Assembly: GCA_963787125.1 (NCBI GenBank)
Contig: CAWBBV010000006.1
Coordinates: 96,001 to 160,000 of the forward strand
DNA length: 64,000 nt
Reading direction: 5' to 3'
Source of the DNA: an uncultured delta proteobacterium
GTDB lineage: Bacteria; Desulfobacterota; Desulfuromonadia; Geobacterales; DSM-12255
Shown here in pieces: positions 10,321-19,854 of the stretch. Below the pieces are notes generated by a model. That model worked only from the letters and a program-made list of their open reading frames with translations, searched no databases and had not been told where the DNA came from. Position numbers and translations under genes: made by a program. Numbering within the stretch: position 1 is the first letter of the stretch; each line of letters starts with the position of its first letter.

Positions 10321-12252
10321 TTAAGCGCGTTTAGGGAGAGGTATCACTTTTCTGTTGTCTTCACTTGGAAAAAGATCGGGTCTTACACGCTGAAAGGTTA
10401 AGGGAACATCACCGTTAAAATGATAGGAAGGCTTGAACTCAGGGACAATGCGTTTCAGTGACTTGATCAGCGCGGCCACATCATCGGTCCGGGCAGCCTG
10501 ATACAGAATCTCTAACTCGGCTTTAACCGCCTCTCTATCAATCTGCACCGGAGCAAGAACTCTGATCTTTTCATGGGTTGTAGGAATGATTCCCTCACCG
10601 TCAATCAAGAGCTCTTCAAAAAGTTTCTCTCCCGGTCTGAGTCCGGAGAAAACAATATCAATATCCTCATACGGGACAAGACCGGAAAGTCTGATAAGCT
10701 CTTCGGCGAGATCAACAATTCTGACCGGCTCTCCCATATCAAGCACGAGAATTTCGCTGTCAGCCCCGATTCCACCTGCCTGAAGGACAAGTTGAGAAGC
10801 TTCAGGAATTGTCATGAAATAACGGATAACCCGTTTATCTGTGACCGTTACCGGACCGCCATTCGCAATCTGCTCCTTGAACAGCGGAATGACACTGCCG
10901 TTACTCCCGAGTACATTACCAAAACGGACAGTTGTACATTTAGTTCTATGCGTTAAAGCAATCGATTGGACATAAATCTCCGCCGCCCGCTTGGTCGCGC
11001 CCATGACATTAGTCGGATTAACAGCCTTGTCAGTGGAGATCATCACAAAATTTTCAGCTTTGCAGTGGCAGGCGGCATCAACAACATTTTTTGAGCCGAA
11101 GACATTATTAAGAACGGCCTGAATAGGATTGTATTCCATCATCGGCACATGCTTATAGGCAGCAGCATGAAACACAACCTGGGGGAGAAACTCGTCGAAA
11201 GCCGTAAGAATTTTTTCCCTGTCACGTACATCAGCCATCAAAGGCATGATCCTGACATCAGGATGTCTTGCTGCAAGCTCCTTCTCGATCTCATAAAGAG
11301 GCGTTTCAGCCTGGTCAAGAAGAATCAGCTTTTCGGGATAAAATTGTGCGACCTGCCGGCAGATTTCACTGCCGATGCTGCCACCCGCGCCGGTAACAAG
11401 CACCCGTTTGCCGGCAAGATAGCTGCCGATAAGCACTCTGTCCAGAACAACCTGGTCACGACCGAGAAGATCCTCAATATCCACCTTTTTAATTTGAGAG
11501 AAAGTAATCTTGCCGTTGATCAGATTGCTGATACTAGGCAGGGTACTGAAAGTTACATTCTCATTTTTACAGGAGTCGACAACTTCACGCAGAGCCTTAC
11601 CATCAGCCGAGGGCATGGCAATGATGACATCGGCTATCTCGTTGGAGCGAATAATAGAACTCAGCTGCTTTGAAGTCCCAAGGATAGGCACGCCGTGCAA
11701 CTTGAGCCCTTTTTTCTCAGCATCATCATCAATAAAACCAATGACATTGTAGGCAGAAGCCGGTTGACGCCTGATCTCTTTAAGAAGCATACTGCCGGCC
11801 TCTCCAGCTCCGACAATCAGGGCTCTGGTTCCATCCACGCGACTGCCGACCCGGTAACTTTCCCGATAAATCCGCCAAATCAGACGACTTGCAGCAAGGA
11901 AAGAGAAGAGGAGCATGGCATCAATCAGGAATATTGAGCGAGGAATCGGTGTAAATTGCCTCATAAAGAGAACCGCAAAAACCGCAAGAATTGAGGAAAA
12001 AACAACCCCCTTAAACATCTCGATCGCATCCTGCAGGGAAGCATAACGCCAGATATTCAGGTAGAACCCGGTGGCAATAAAGACCAGTGGCTTTACAACC
12101 AGCACTACAACCAGACATTCCCAGAAAAGTTGCATTTCAGCGGGAGGGATATAAAAATCGAAGCGTAACAGGAAAGAGAGACAAAGAGCAGCACTGATAA
12201 GAAGGAGATCAAACAGAAACACCAAAATTCGACGTCTTGTGAGCATTGACAT
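10321..12252 (-). CDS. Membrane-bound nucleoside-diphosphate sugar 4,6-dehydratase (CapD/WbpM/PglF family)
   Basis: N-terminal TM helices, GAGEAG, TGAGGSIGSE, HAAAYKHVP, STDKAVNPTNVMGATK, RFGNVLGSNGSV, GLRPGEKLFEEL. Confidence 0.93.
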   Translation of the reverse strand: MSMLTRRRILVFLFDLLLISAALCLSFLLRFDFYIPPAEMQLFWECLVVVLVVKPLVFIATGFYLNIWRYASLQDAIEMFKGVVFSSILAVFAVLFMRQFTPIPRSIFLIDAMLLFSFLAASRLIWRIYRESYRVGSRVDGTRALIVGAGEAGSMLLKEIRRQPASAYNVIGFIDDDAEKKGLKLHGVPILGTSKQLSSIIRSNEIADVIIAMPSADGKALREVVDSCKNENVTFSTLPSISNLINGKITFSQIKKVDIEDLLGRDQVVLDRVLIGSYLAGKRVLVTGAGGSIGSEICRQVAQFYPEKLILLDQAETPLYEIEKELAARHPDVRIMPLMADVRDREKILTAFDEFLPQVVFHAAAYKHVPMMEYNPIQAVLNNVFGSKNVVDAACHCKAENFVMISTDKAVNPTNVMGATKRAAEIYVQSIALTHRTKCTTVRFGNVLGSNGSVIPLFKEQIANGGPVTVTDKRVIRYFMTIPEASQLVLQAGGIGADSEILVLDMGEPVRIVDLAEELIRLSGLVPYEDIDIVFSGLRPGEKLFEELLIDGEGIIPTTHEKIRVLAPVQIDREAVKAELEILYQAARTDDVAALIKSLKRIVPEFKPSYHFNGDVPLTFQRVRPDLFPSEDNRKVIPLPKRA

Positions 12253-14273
12253 AACACCTCTATAGTCTGATAATGTTTAGTATTTTTAAAACAAAATTGC
12301 AATTTTAGCAAGGAGATAACTGACTTAGTCTAGTCATCATCTGTAAATAATAATTTTTTGTAGTGAGATTTATTTGACAACCTTAACTTATTTCAGCCAA
12401 CGTAAAAGAAGATTATTTGATTAGACACTTTAACCCACTTAACTGCCTTACATTACGATAATAGCGCTCACTTCGGTATCCATTAGGTGCCTTATGCAAC
12501 AAAAGACCTGTTTTTTCCCAGTAGTGGGTTAATAAATCTCCGTCATCTTTGGTCTTAAACAGATCGCTACCGATATAGCCTTAATGTTAAATTATCAAGG
12601 CTAATCCTAGTCGTTGTTGAGTTCGCCCCTCCCAGGACTACATCGCCTGTATTCGGATTAACTGACAGCCAGATTAAACCATTACCAGTGCTGGAATTAT
12701 AAGCAAAGACCGGCAAGTCAACATAGAGCTGCGGTATAAATCCAGCTGGCAACGTAAAAATCACCGTTCCGTCTGTCTTCGTACCACCTGTAATACTGCC
12801 GAAAATTGACAACAGGTCATTTGATATTTTCTTAAAGGACACTGGGGTATGGTCTGATACCTGAGTCCACGAATTCAATAAAGTAGGAACTTTATAGAGT
12901 CCTACCGTTCCAACACCCGAATCCTTGAAAAGCTGAGTATTCCTCATTGCAGTTCGCCAGTTGTTCCAAGTCTCTTGTGCTGTTGCTCCTGGCTGTAAAA
13001 AGAAGTTATCTCCAGCCAAATCGGCGCCCCAACAATTTGCGGTTGTTGTTAAAACTGATTGAGTTGTAGAATTACCTACATTAAAGCGGTTCTTGCTTAA
13101 AGATGCACCTATCACATAATCAAGATAGATGTTTGAAGCACCTGAGTCATAATTACCCAGATTAAAAGTATTTTTAGCAATGGTCGGCTGCATAATAGGA
13201 GCGCCGTTTGTTTGTGCTGCTCCGTTCAAATCAGTGTAATTAGTTGCCCCTGAAAGGACTATCTGCGCCTTTACCCCCGCCATACCAACCTGCTGTTGCT
13301 CAAACTGGTTGTTCTCAATAACCATATTCCCGGCATTCTGCACAAAAATACCACCTGAAACATTGACTGAGAGGTTACCAGTGTAATTGAGCTGATTCGC
13401 GCCGGAAACTAAATTGACATAAAGACCGTAGTTATTACCGCGTAACTCGTTATTTTCAATCCTGTTCGTATCCCCTGCACGATTAAAAGCAATCCCGTTA
13501 AAAATAACGTTATCACGGATAATCGAATTAAAGAATGTTTCCAGTGTGCCGGTGTTGCTGTCCTGAAAAATCCCGTATTTACCAAGTGGGTCGATTCTGA
13601 TTCTCTGAATTATCAGGTTATTAATCTGCTGCGACGTATTAACAGTCGTATCGAGGAAAATACCGTTTCTTGCCGGTGTGCCGCTTAGTGCTGAAATTGT
13701 GAAGTCAGAAATAACCCCGTTGTTATAGGGATATGGACCTGAATTTAAAAAACTTACCCGTAAGACGTCGATAGTCGCTGCAACAGCAGAATCAACCTGT
13801 AAAATAGTTGAGTTACGGCCTGCACCTATAAGGTCAATCGGGCGGTTATACAAAATACACTCACTTGCATTTGTTGCTTTAATAGGGAGTGTCCCTGCTG
13901 GCAGCTTTACCCTCTGTCCGTATTCCGCTGATACAATCGCTTTATTGATCGCAGTAGCCCAATTCCCACCGTCATCGTAAAACCAAGCAGGGGATATTTC
14001 GGCAACATTCGCGCCGAATACTACTGACCCTGTACCGGCGAAAGCACGATACAACCCTGCATCGAAGGGAGAATCTATCTTGAATTTAGTTGTATTGCCG
14101 ATGCTGCCGCCCATTTCTACTTTTAAGACTCTATCTGCAGGCCACGAATGAAGTGTAGTTGACGAAATGTTACTAAAGGTTGATGAGAGTGCTGAGGTTA
14201 TTATAATCGTCTTCCCTGCACAATCGGCTCTTGTTGCGGCTGATGCAAGCGTTGGTACGGTACTAGTGTTTAG

Positions 14274-14326
14274 TTGCAATAGTTAATATAAGTATTATAC
14301 TGTCTCCATCCCACTAGAGATGGAGG
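14274..14326 (+). promoter_or_regulatory. Putative transposase promoter and RBS-occluding hairpin
   Basis: TTGCAA (14274-79), 16 nt, TATACT (14296-301); CTCCATC (14304-10) pairs with GATGGAG (14319-25), which covers the GGAGG SD. Confidence 0.55.
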
Positions 14327-14332
14327 TGTCAT

Positions 14333-15403
14333 ATGCCCAGGGTTGCAATAGCGCTAACTTGTGAGCCCAAGGTCGTGCAAGAGCTAGAGCGCATAAGCAG
14401 AAGCCGGACCGAAGAAATACGCATTGTGGAGCGAGTTAAAATCATACTTTACTGTCTGTCCGGTAAGCGCAATGATGAGGTCGCAGCCGAGCTTGATACG
14501 CAAGCGCTGACTGTGGGCATCTGGCGTAAACGCTTTGCGGCTCATGGTCTTTCGGGTTTATACGACAAACCCCGTTCCGGCAAGCCAGCTAAATATCCAG
14601 CATTAGAGTTAAGGCAGCGCATACTCGCCAAGCTGGAAGAGTCTCCGCCAGCAGGTCTGGCGGCATGGGATGGCGGTGCACTGGCTAAAGCATTGGCGGT
14701 CTCAGATGATGTTGTCTGGCGCATACTGCGTAAAAACGGCATTCAGTTGCGGCGACACCGTTCGTGGTGTGTCAGCACTGATCCTGAATTCTCGGTAAAG
14801 TCAGCCGACATAATCGGCTTATACCTGGCACCGCCACAGAAAGCATTGGTACTCTGTATTGACGAGAAACCATCTATACAGGCCTTGGAGCGGTCAACCG
14901 GTTATGTGCAGACAAGCAGCGGTAAAATTGTTCGCGGCCTGAAGAGCACCTATAAGCGGCATGGCGTCATCAATCTATTTGCAGCACTAGATGTTGCCGC
15001 CGGAACTATCCAGTCGAAAACAACTGTAACTAAAAAACGACCGGACTTTCAGGCGTTTCTCGATGATATAGTGTCAACGGTTCCAGATGGTGAAGATATT
15101 CATGTAATTCTCGACAACTACTGTACACACAAGAAAAATGAAGATTGGCTGGCCTTACATCCCAATGTCCACTTCCACTTTACGCCGACCTCGGCCAGTT
15201 GGCTCAATCAGGTAGAAATATGGTTTGGGATACTTAGCCGTAAAACCTTATCTGGAGCCAGTTTCTCAAGCACGGAACAGTTGACGAATTCAATCGAAGC
15301 ATTTATTGCCAGCTACAACGAAACCGCTTCTCCTTTTGTTTGGCGCAAACGAGAAGTCAGAGGCGCTCAGCTTAGAAATACAATAGCTAACTTATGCAAT
15401 TAA
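14333..15403 (+). CDS. IS630-family transposase
   Basis: N-terminal HTH (WRKRF..GLSGLYDKPRSGKP); DDE triad LCIDEK / VILDNY / SWLNQVEIWF; YKRHG; intact ORF. Confidence 0.95.
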   Translation: MPRVAIALTCEPKVVQELERISRSRTEEIRIVERVKIILYCLSGKRNDEVAAELDTQALTVGIWRKRFAAHGLSGLYDKPRSGKPAKYPALELRQRILAKLEESPPAGLAAWDGGALAKALAVSDDVVWRILRKNGIQLRRHRSWCVSTDPEFSVKSADIIGLYLAPPQKALVLCIDEKPSIQALERSTGYVQTSSGKIVRGLKSTYKRHGVINLFAALDVAAGTIQSKTTVTKKRPDFQAFLDDIVSTVPDGEDIHVILDNYCTHKKNEDWLALHPNVHFHFTPTSASWLNQVEIWFGILSRKTLSGASFSSTEQLTNSIEAFIASYNETASPFVWRKREVRGAQLRNTIANLCN

Positions 15404-15583
15404 ACACTAGTTGTTCCGTCAGGGAACTTGACAAGAATAGACGCATGAGCTGATCCATACAATATCAATGATATGAAAATGCTGAAACATAACCTTTTCA
15501 AAAGTAGCTCCAATCTATATAGGAAGGCTCATAGCTTCTCCAACCGCCTCAGAAAGTTTAATCACCTCTCTGATAGTATTAAG

Positions 15584-16819
15584 TTACTTTTTGCGACAAT
15601 GGCGCTTGAACCATAAAAACGGTCGCAACGGAAGGTATAGCCAAAAAAATGTGTCCGGTAGAGGAATTTCAACAAAATCAGCTGGAATTATCACTAAGTT
15701 GCTGATTAGAGTGGAAATAGGCGTTGCCGGCTTCATCTGTTTTATTCTTAGCGACTGCATTATTCCGGCTAAAACTTTAAATTGCTGAGAAATTTCTACA
15801 GCTGACAAAGTCATCCGAGTCGCTGCATGCAAAGACAGTTTTCTAACTACAGCATCAGAGTAGAATAGTTCCCTGAACTTTTCAGGCGGCTCTATGCCAT
15901 AAATCCATTCGAGAAGCATAGCCGTCTGACCAACTACTTTCTGGAGATCGAAGAAACCGGCTTTTTTTAGCAACGACAACCAATCGTCTGCGGAGAGGTC
16001 CTGCATTAGCATGGCGAGGTCGGAGAGCCATTTAAGACACAACCAGTCATGGCGGGCACCATGATCAGCAAGAAACAGAATATTCGCATCTCTGGTTAAG
16101 TGGCTTAAACTTGCATCAAGCCAGGTTGAGGAGCGGCTTGACTCCCAAAGAGAAGCTACCTGCTCATCAGTCCAGAGGTAACTCCTCCAGTGAAGTTCAA
16201 TATGAACGCACCTGATGTCATTAATGTACTCATGGTGGTGTAGTGTCTTTAGTATGTGGCATTTCTGCCTTTCACCCATCTCATTAAATCCGAGCGCATG
16301 ACGATAACCAGCTTTGGACAAGAGTTCTTCAGCTTTTTCAACATCTTCAGGGTGAACCAGAATGTCCAAATCGCCTGCACTTCTTATGCAATGATCACCA
16401 TATAGCTCCTGTGAAAGAGCCACACCTTTAAGTGGAATCAAAGATATTTCTGCCTCGGCAAAGAGATTTGCTATCTTTTTTAACTCGGCGACCTGGCTTA
16501 AAGCTGATACTACCTGCCGAGTTCTGTGACTTTTCAGAAGTTCCTTTGTTTTAGGAGGGACATTATGCCACCCACGCTGCCCCATAACCGTACAGAATTG
16601 CCCTACCACGCCGTGTCTCATGACCAGTGAAGCAACTTCATCCCAATCCAGAGAGCTATTGGCCAGAGTCGCAACAACTTGTTTCTGTCGCATTGCATGG
16701 ATTTCTCCTGGTACCCACGAACAGGCGGCAACAAACAAAAACTCTGGCGTCAGCTTTAGTTTTTCCGAAACAGGAGGCGAAAAAGAATGAGGTGACTTGG
16801 CAGGTTTCAAAATATTCAT
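15584..16819 (-). CDS. Uncharacterised nucleotidyltransferase family protein (NTP_transf_5-like)
   Basis: IPLKGVALSQELYGD..IRSAGDLDILV, IELHW and LKWLSDL motifs. Confidence 0.8.
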   Translation of the reverse strand: MNILKPAKSPHSFSPPVSEKLKLTPEFLFVAACSWVPGEIHAMRQKQVVATLANSSLDWDEVASLVMRHGVVGQFCTVMGQRGWHNVPPKTKELLKSHRTRQVVSALSQVAELKKIANLFAEAEISLIPLKGVALSQELYGDHCIRSAGDLDILVHPEDVEKAEELLSKAGYRHALGFNEMGERQKCHILKTLHHHEYINDIRCVHIELHWRSYLWTDEQVASLWESSRSSTWLDASLSHLTRDANILFLADHGARHDWLCLKWLSDLAMLMQDLSADDWLSLLKKAGFFDLQKVVGQTAMLLEWIYGIEPPEKFRELFYSDAVVRKLSLHAATRMTLSAVEISQQFKVLAGIMQSLRIKQMKPATPISTLISNLVIIPADFVEIPLPDTFFWLYLPLRPFLWFKRHCRKK

Positions 16820-17928
16820 GAGAAGTTTAGTGGTTTTAACTCAATGCCGCTTATTGGGTCATTATTTTTAGTAGCGGCTCTGGTGTCGTTCTTGATATAG
16901 CATTGCACGAAAGACCAGAGGGGACTGTTCGTGTAAAATTGCTGTATTTTGAGATACCCCTCATTAGAAAGCAATAGTTGCAGAATAATAGTTGTGACTC
17001 GAAACAGTCGGTGTTTCTGTGATAAATTATCCAGAAAAACCTTTTTATCCCAGAGCATCTTGATTGCCACTAAGAATCCGTCACGAGCTTTAGTCTCGAG
17101 CAAACCGTCCCTAAAACAGTTTATTGTGAGTTCCTGTATCATGCCAATGCCTTGGCAATCAAATTTAATAGCCAAAGCCACTAAGTGTTGTAAAAACAAG
17201 CGGTTATAATGAGTGGATATCGACTGCGATTTAACCTGGGTTAAACCTTCAATTGAACCAAAATCGGAGAACCCGTTTTCACCATGGATGCGGTAAAAAC
17301 CCAGAGGCTTATCTATCAGCCCAAACTCACGGGCAACAAGCGGCGCTGCAATCATCAGATAGCCATCTGCACAAATTATGTACTCAAGTGGAATTGGATA
17401 AAGCTTTCTCAGCACCGACGTGCGCCATGCAATTCCAGAAGTAGCCGAACCTATCACGGTTAACCAATGCTTATAATTTTCGATTGGTTTTTTTGCAACT
17501 ACCTGATCAAACCACTGCGGGAAAATGCCCCTTTTCTGTTTCGAGTTGTCGACCAGACACAGGGTATGATAAACCACGTCAACAGACTGTTCATTTCTGA
17601 ACTTTTCCAGAACAACGCTTAACTTCTCCGGTTCCCAGTAATCGTCGGCATCAAGAAAAGCAATGAACTCCCCACGGACAATGTCAAGGCCGACGTTGAA
17701 AGCAGATGCCTGCCCACCGTTTTCTTTATAGTGATAGATAACATCAGGAAGGTACTTTTCAACTCGTTGCCGAGTATCATCGGTTGAACCATCGTCTATG
17801 ACTAATATCTCATAAGAATTTCGGGGAAGAGTCTGCTGAAGAACACTGAGAATGGCGTCTTCAATATAAATGCCATAGTTATAAGAATCGATGATAACTG
17901 AAATTATTGGATTATTCTCAACTGTCAT
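16816..17928 (-). CDS. Glycosyltransferase family 2
   Basis: ISVIIDSYNY, VIDDGSTD, ENGGQASAFN, FLDADDYW. Confidence 0.9.
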   Translation of the reverse strand: MTVENNPIISVIIDSYNYGIYIEDAILSVLQQTLPRNSYEILVIDDGSTDDTRQRVEKYLPDVIYHYKENGGQASAFNVGLDIVRGEFIAFLDADDYWEPEKLSVVLEKFRNEQSVDVVYHTLCLVDNSKQKRGIFPQWFDQVVAKKPIENYKHWLTVIGSATSGIAWRTSVLRKLYPIPLEYIICADGYLMIAAPLVAREFGLIDKPLGFYRIHGENGFSDFGSIEGLTQVKSQSISTHYNRLFLQHLVALAIKFDCQGIGMIQELTINCFRDGLLETKARDGFLVAIKMLWDKKVFLDNLSQKHRLFRVTTIILQLLLSNEGYLKIQQFYTNSPLWSFVQCYIKNDTRAATKNNDPISGIELKPLNFS

Positions 17929-17988
17929 TTCTATCCTAAGATTAAGACTTTTTTTGATACTGGAACAGAACCAACTCTCGAGAACAGA

Positions 17989-18951
17989 TTAAAATTTAGA
18001 CTTGAGCAGGCGCAAAGGCTCTGTAATCCGCCAGCTACTTGAAGCGTATACTGCGGCCAAAGTCCGTTGGCTTTCTGCCAACAGCTTATCGTAGAATAAC
18101 AGTTTACTCTTCATATCTGCAAATGCCGCTGCGTTTATTGTCACGCAATTGCGTTCATTGTTATCTTGCGGATACAAGAGACTCTGAACAGAATGTCGGA
18201 GTATAAAATGAACTATTTCTGAACAGTTATCCATCTCGTTCGCTTCCAGAGCGCCCAAGAGTCGATCCGATAAGAGTAGCGCCGAAGGGTTCTCCAGTAA
18301 AAGGCCTTTAAGGCTCCCGATAAACCTGGCACCAAACAGTTCCAGATGCTGTTCCCAGCTGGAATAATGTTTTACATGGTATGCAACAGAGGATATCAGG
18401 CGTTTTACAATCACTCCTTTCGATAGAAGTACCATTGGCAGCCAGTAATCCCAATATGGCAAGCCGAGATAAAAGTCAGTCTGTGGGAATAAAGTAATCA
18501 GTTGCCGGTCGAAAAAGAAATAATCAAATCCAAGGCAGTATTCATATCTTTTTTCATCGTAATCACTCTCTACGTCGATACGTGAACCGAATACCATTCC
18601 ATGCTCAGCACTTTCAGCTATGAAGGAACTAAAATCACTCCCCACACGGAAACATATATCAGAATTAACAATTCCGCAGACGCGACTGGAAGACTCAGTT
18701 AGGAGCGAAAGCATAAAATTGATTGAAACATTCGGACACTCACGTTGTTCAGTTTCCGGCAGCACAACCGGCGCAAAACGCACTCCCGGAAATTCTGCCT
18801 GGAGATGGTCCACTTCTCCGATAACATTTACTGATACTACTTCAAAACCAAGTTTAAGCCAACTATCGATAGCCGCCCGCTGCGCCTCAATACGCATAGG
18901 CATTATGCTTGTCGCAATAGTGATTTTATCGATGACCACCTTTTCAGTCAT
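17989..18951 (-). CDS. Hypothetical GT-A-like protein with C-terminal SSSWRITEPLR tail (start may be TTG 18957)
   Basis: ~320-aa ORF in the operon; GIVNSDI, GFDYFFF, LGLPYWDYW; short coiled coil plus SWRIT.PLR motif seen in surface-glycan enzymes. Confidence 0.55.
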   Translation of the reverse strand: MTEKVVIDKITIATSIMPMRIEAQRAAIDSWLKLGFEVVSVNVIGEVDHLQAEFPGVRFAPVVLPETEQRECPNVSINFMLSLLTESSSRVCGIVNSDICFRVGSDFSSFIAESAEHGMVFGSRIDVESDYDEKRYEYCLGFDYFFFDRQLITLFPQTDFYLGLPYWDYWLPMVLLSKGVIVKRLISSVAYHVKHYSSWEQHLELFGARFIGSLKGLLLENPSALLLSDRLLGALEANEMDNCSEIVHFILRHSVQSLLYPQDNNERNCVTINAAAFADMKSKLLFYDKLLAESQRTLAAVYASSSWRITEPLRLLKSKF

Positions 18952-19000
18952 CAACAAGCCGCCACTCTAAAAAGTTCATCAACCACCTCAATCAATCTCA

Positions 19001-19159
19001 TTATTTTACAATCACCTTCAATGTTTTCATGATCAGCTTGAAATCAACCCACAAGGAACGCTCACCCACATAGCGCTGGTAATAGCGGAGCTTGAAGCGT
19101 TTTCATCCTTGTATTCAATGGAAGCATAATCAGTAATACATTGGAGGAACCGACAATAT
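19001..19159 (-). pseudogene. Degenerate 3' relic of a bacterial sugar transferase (priming phosphoglycosyltransferase)
   Basis: Across frameshifts the minus strand reads ILSVPP / ITDYASIEYKDEN / KLRYYQRYVGERSLWVDFKLIMKTLKVIVK*, which is the Bac_transf C-terminus. Confidence 0.75.
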
Positions 19160-19214
19160 TGATTCTGGAGTCAACCATCAGGGACTGGAAGTGCAAATCC
19201 AATCATTAAAGACT

Positions 19215-19775
19215 TTAATGCTGAACACCCTCTTTTTTTACTACCTTAATAAAGGTCCTTAAGATGATGCGCAAATCCATAATAAAAGATCGATTATTGA
19301 GATAATATTCATCAAACTCTACCTTAACTGGAATCGGCAGTTCATCACGTCCGTTGATCTGCGCCCATCCAGTCAAACCTGGGGTTATACGATGGACACC
19401 TTTTACGGTCCGAAGTGCTATCAAATCATCCTGATTGAATAATGCCGGACGAGGACCTACTATGCTCATGTCGCCTGTAAGAATACTGATGAGTTGAGGG
19501 AGTTCATCAAGGCTGGACTTTCGCAAAAACTTACCAATTGGCGTCAGCCAGCGATCAGGATCACCAAGCAGGTGCGTTGCTACAGCAGGAGTGTCAATCC
19601 GCATGGTACGAAATTTGGGCATTCTAAAAATAGCGTTATTACGACCAACCCTGTCAGACCAATAAAAGATTGGCCCTGTTGAAGTTAACTTGACGAGTAG
19701 CGCAACAATCAACATCGGAATGGTGAGAGCAATAAAAGCAAGACCCGAACAGCCGATATCAAACAAACGCTTCAT
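19215..19775 (-). CDS. Undecaprenyl-phosphate sugar phosphotransferase (small PglC/WcaJ-C-terminal type priming enzyme)
   Basis: MKRLFD, KFRTM, LRKSSLDELPQL, GDMSIVGPRP, PGLTGWAQINGR. Confidence 0.93.
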   Translation of the reverse strand: MKRLFDIGCSGLAFIALTIPMLIVALLVKLTSTGPIFYWSDRVGRNNAIFRMPKFRTMRIDTPAVATHLLGDPDRWLTPIGKFLRKSSLDELPQLISILTGDMSIVGPRPALFNQDDLIALRTVKGVHRITPGLTGWAQINGRDELPIPVKVEFDEYYLNNRSFIMDLRIILRTFIKVVKKEGVQH

Positions 19776-19854
19776 AATTGTCTAATAACTCCATAATTAT
19801 AACTATCAATAAAATTTTCTTATTACAGATGAGCTAACATGAATAGCTAAAATA

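Larger units (their letters stand above)
14264..15409 (+). mobile_element. IS630-family insertion sequence (element 14266-15407, TA duplication within a CTAG target)
   Basis: Imperfect terminal IRs CTAGTGTTTAGTTGCAATAGTTA versus (revcomp) CTAGTGTTTAATTGCATAAGTTA; TA at 14264-14265 and 15408-15409; encloses one transposase ORF. Confidence 0.93.
12567..15501 (-). pseudogene. Secreted parallel beta-helix (pectate lyase/tailspike-like) protein, ~596 aa when reconstructed, interrupted by IS630
   Basis: TTG at 15501 with GGAG 6 nt upstream gives MKRLCFSIFISLILYGSAHA-SILVKFPDGTT; after removing the IS it continues in frame as STVPTLASAATRADC... to the stop at 12567; ATAINKAI..G..VKLPAG cap and Asn-rich repeats (IRDNVI, IENNEL, IENNQF, IAKNTF). 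Confidence 0.85.

Noticed and set aside
12253..12566. Palindromes AAAATTGCAATTTT (12293-306) and TGACT-N6-AGTCA in the AT-rich spacer
   Set aside because: Plausible by chance in AT-rich DNA; no promoter could be assigned with confidence
12567..14279. Prophage remnant around the tailspike-like gene
   Set aside because: No integrase, structural or lysis genes; the gene has a signal peptide and follows operon orientation
15584..16819. Lasso peptide cluster suggested by the nucleotidyltransferase family
   Set aside because: No cyclase, B1/B2 proteins or precursor ORF in the window
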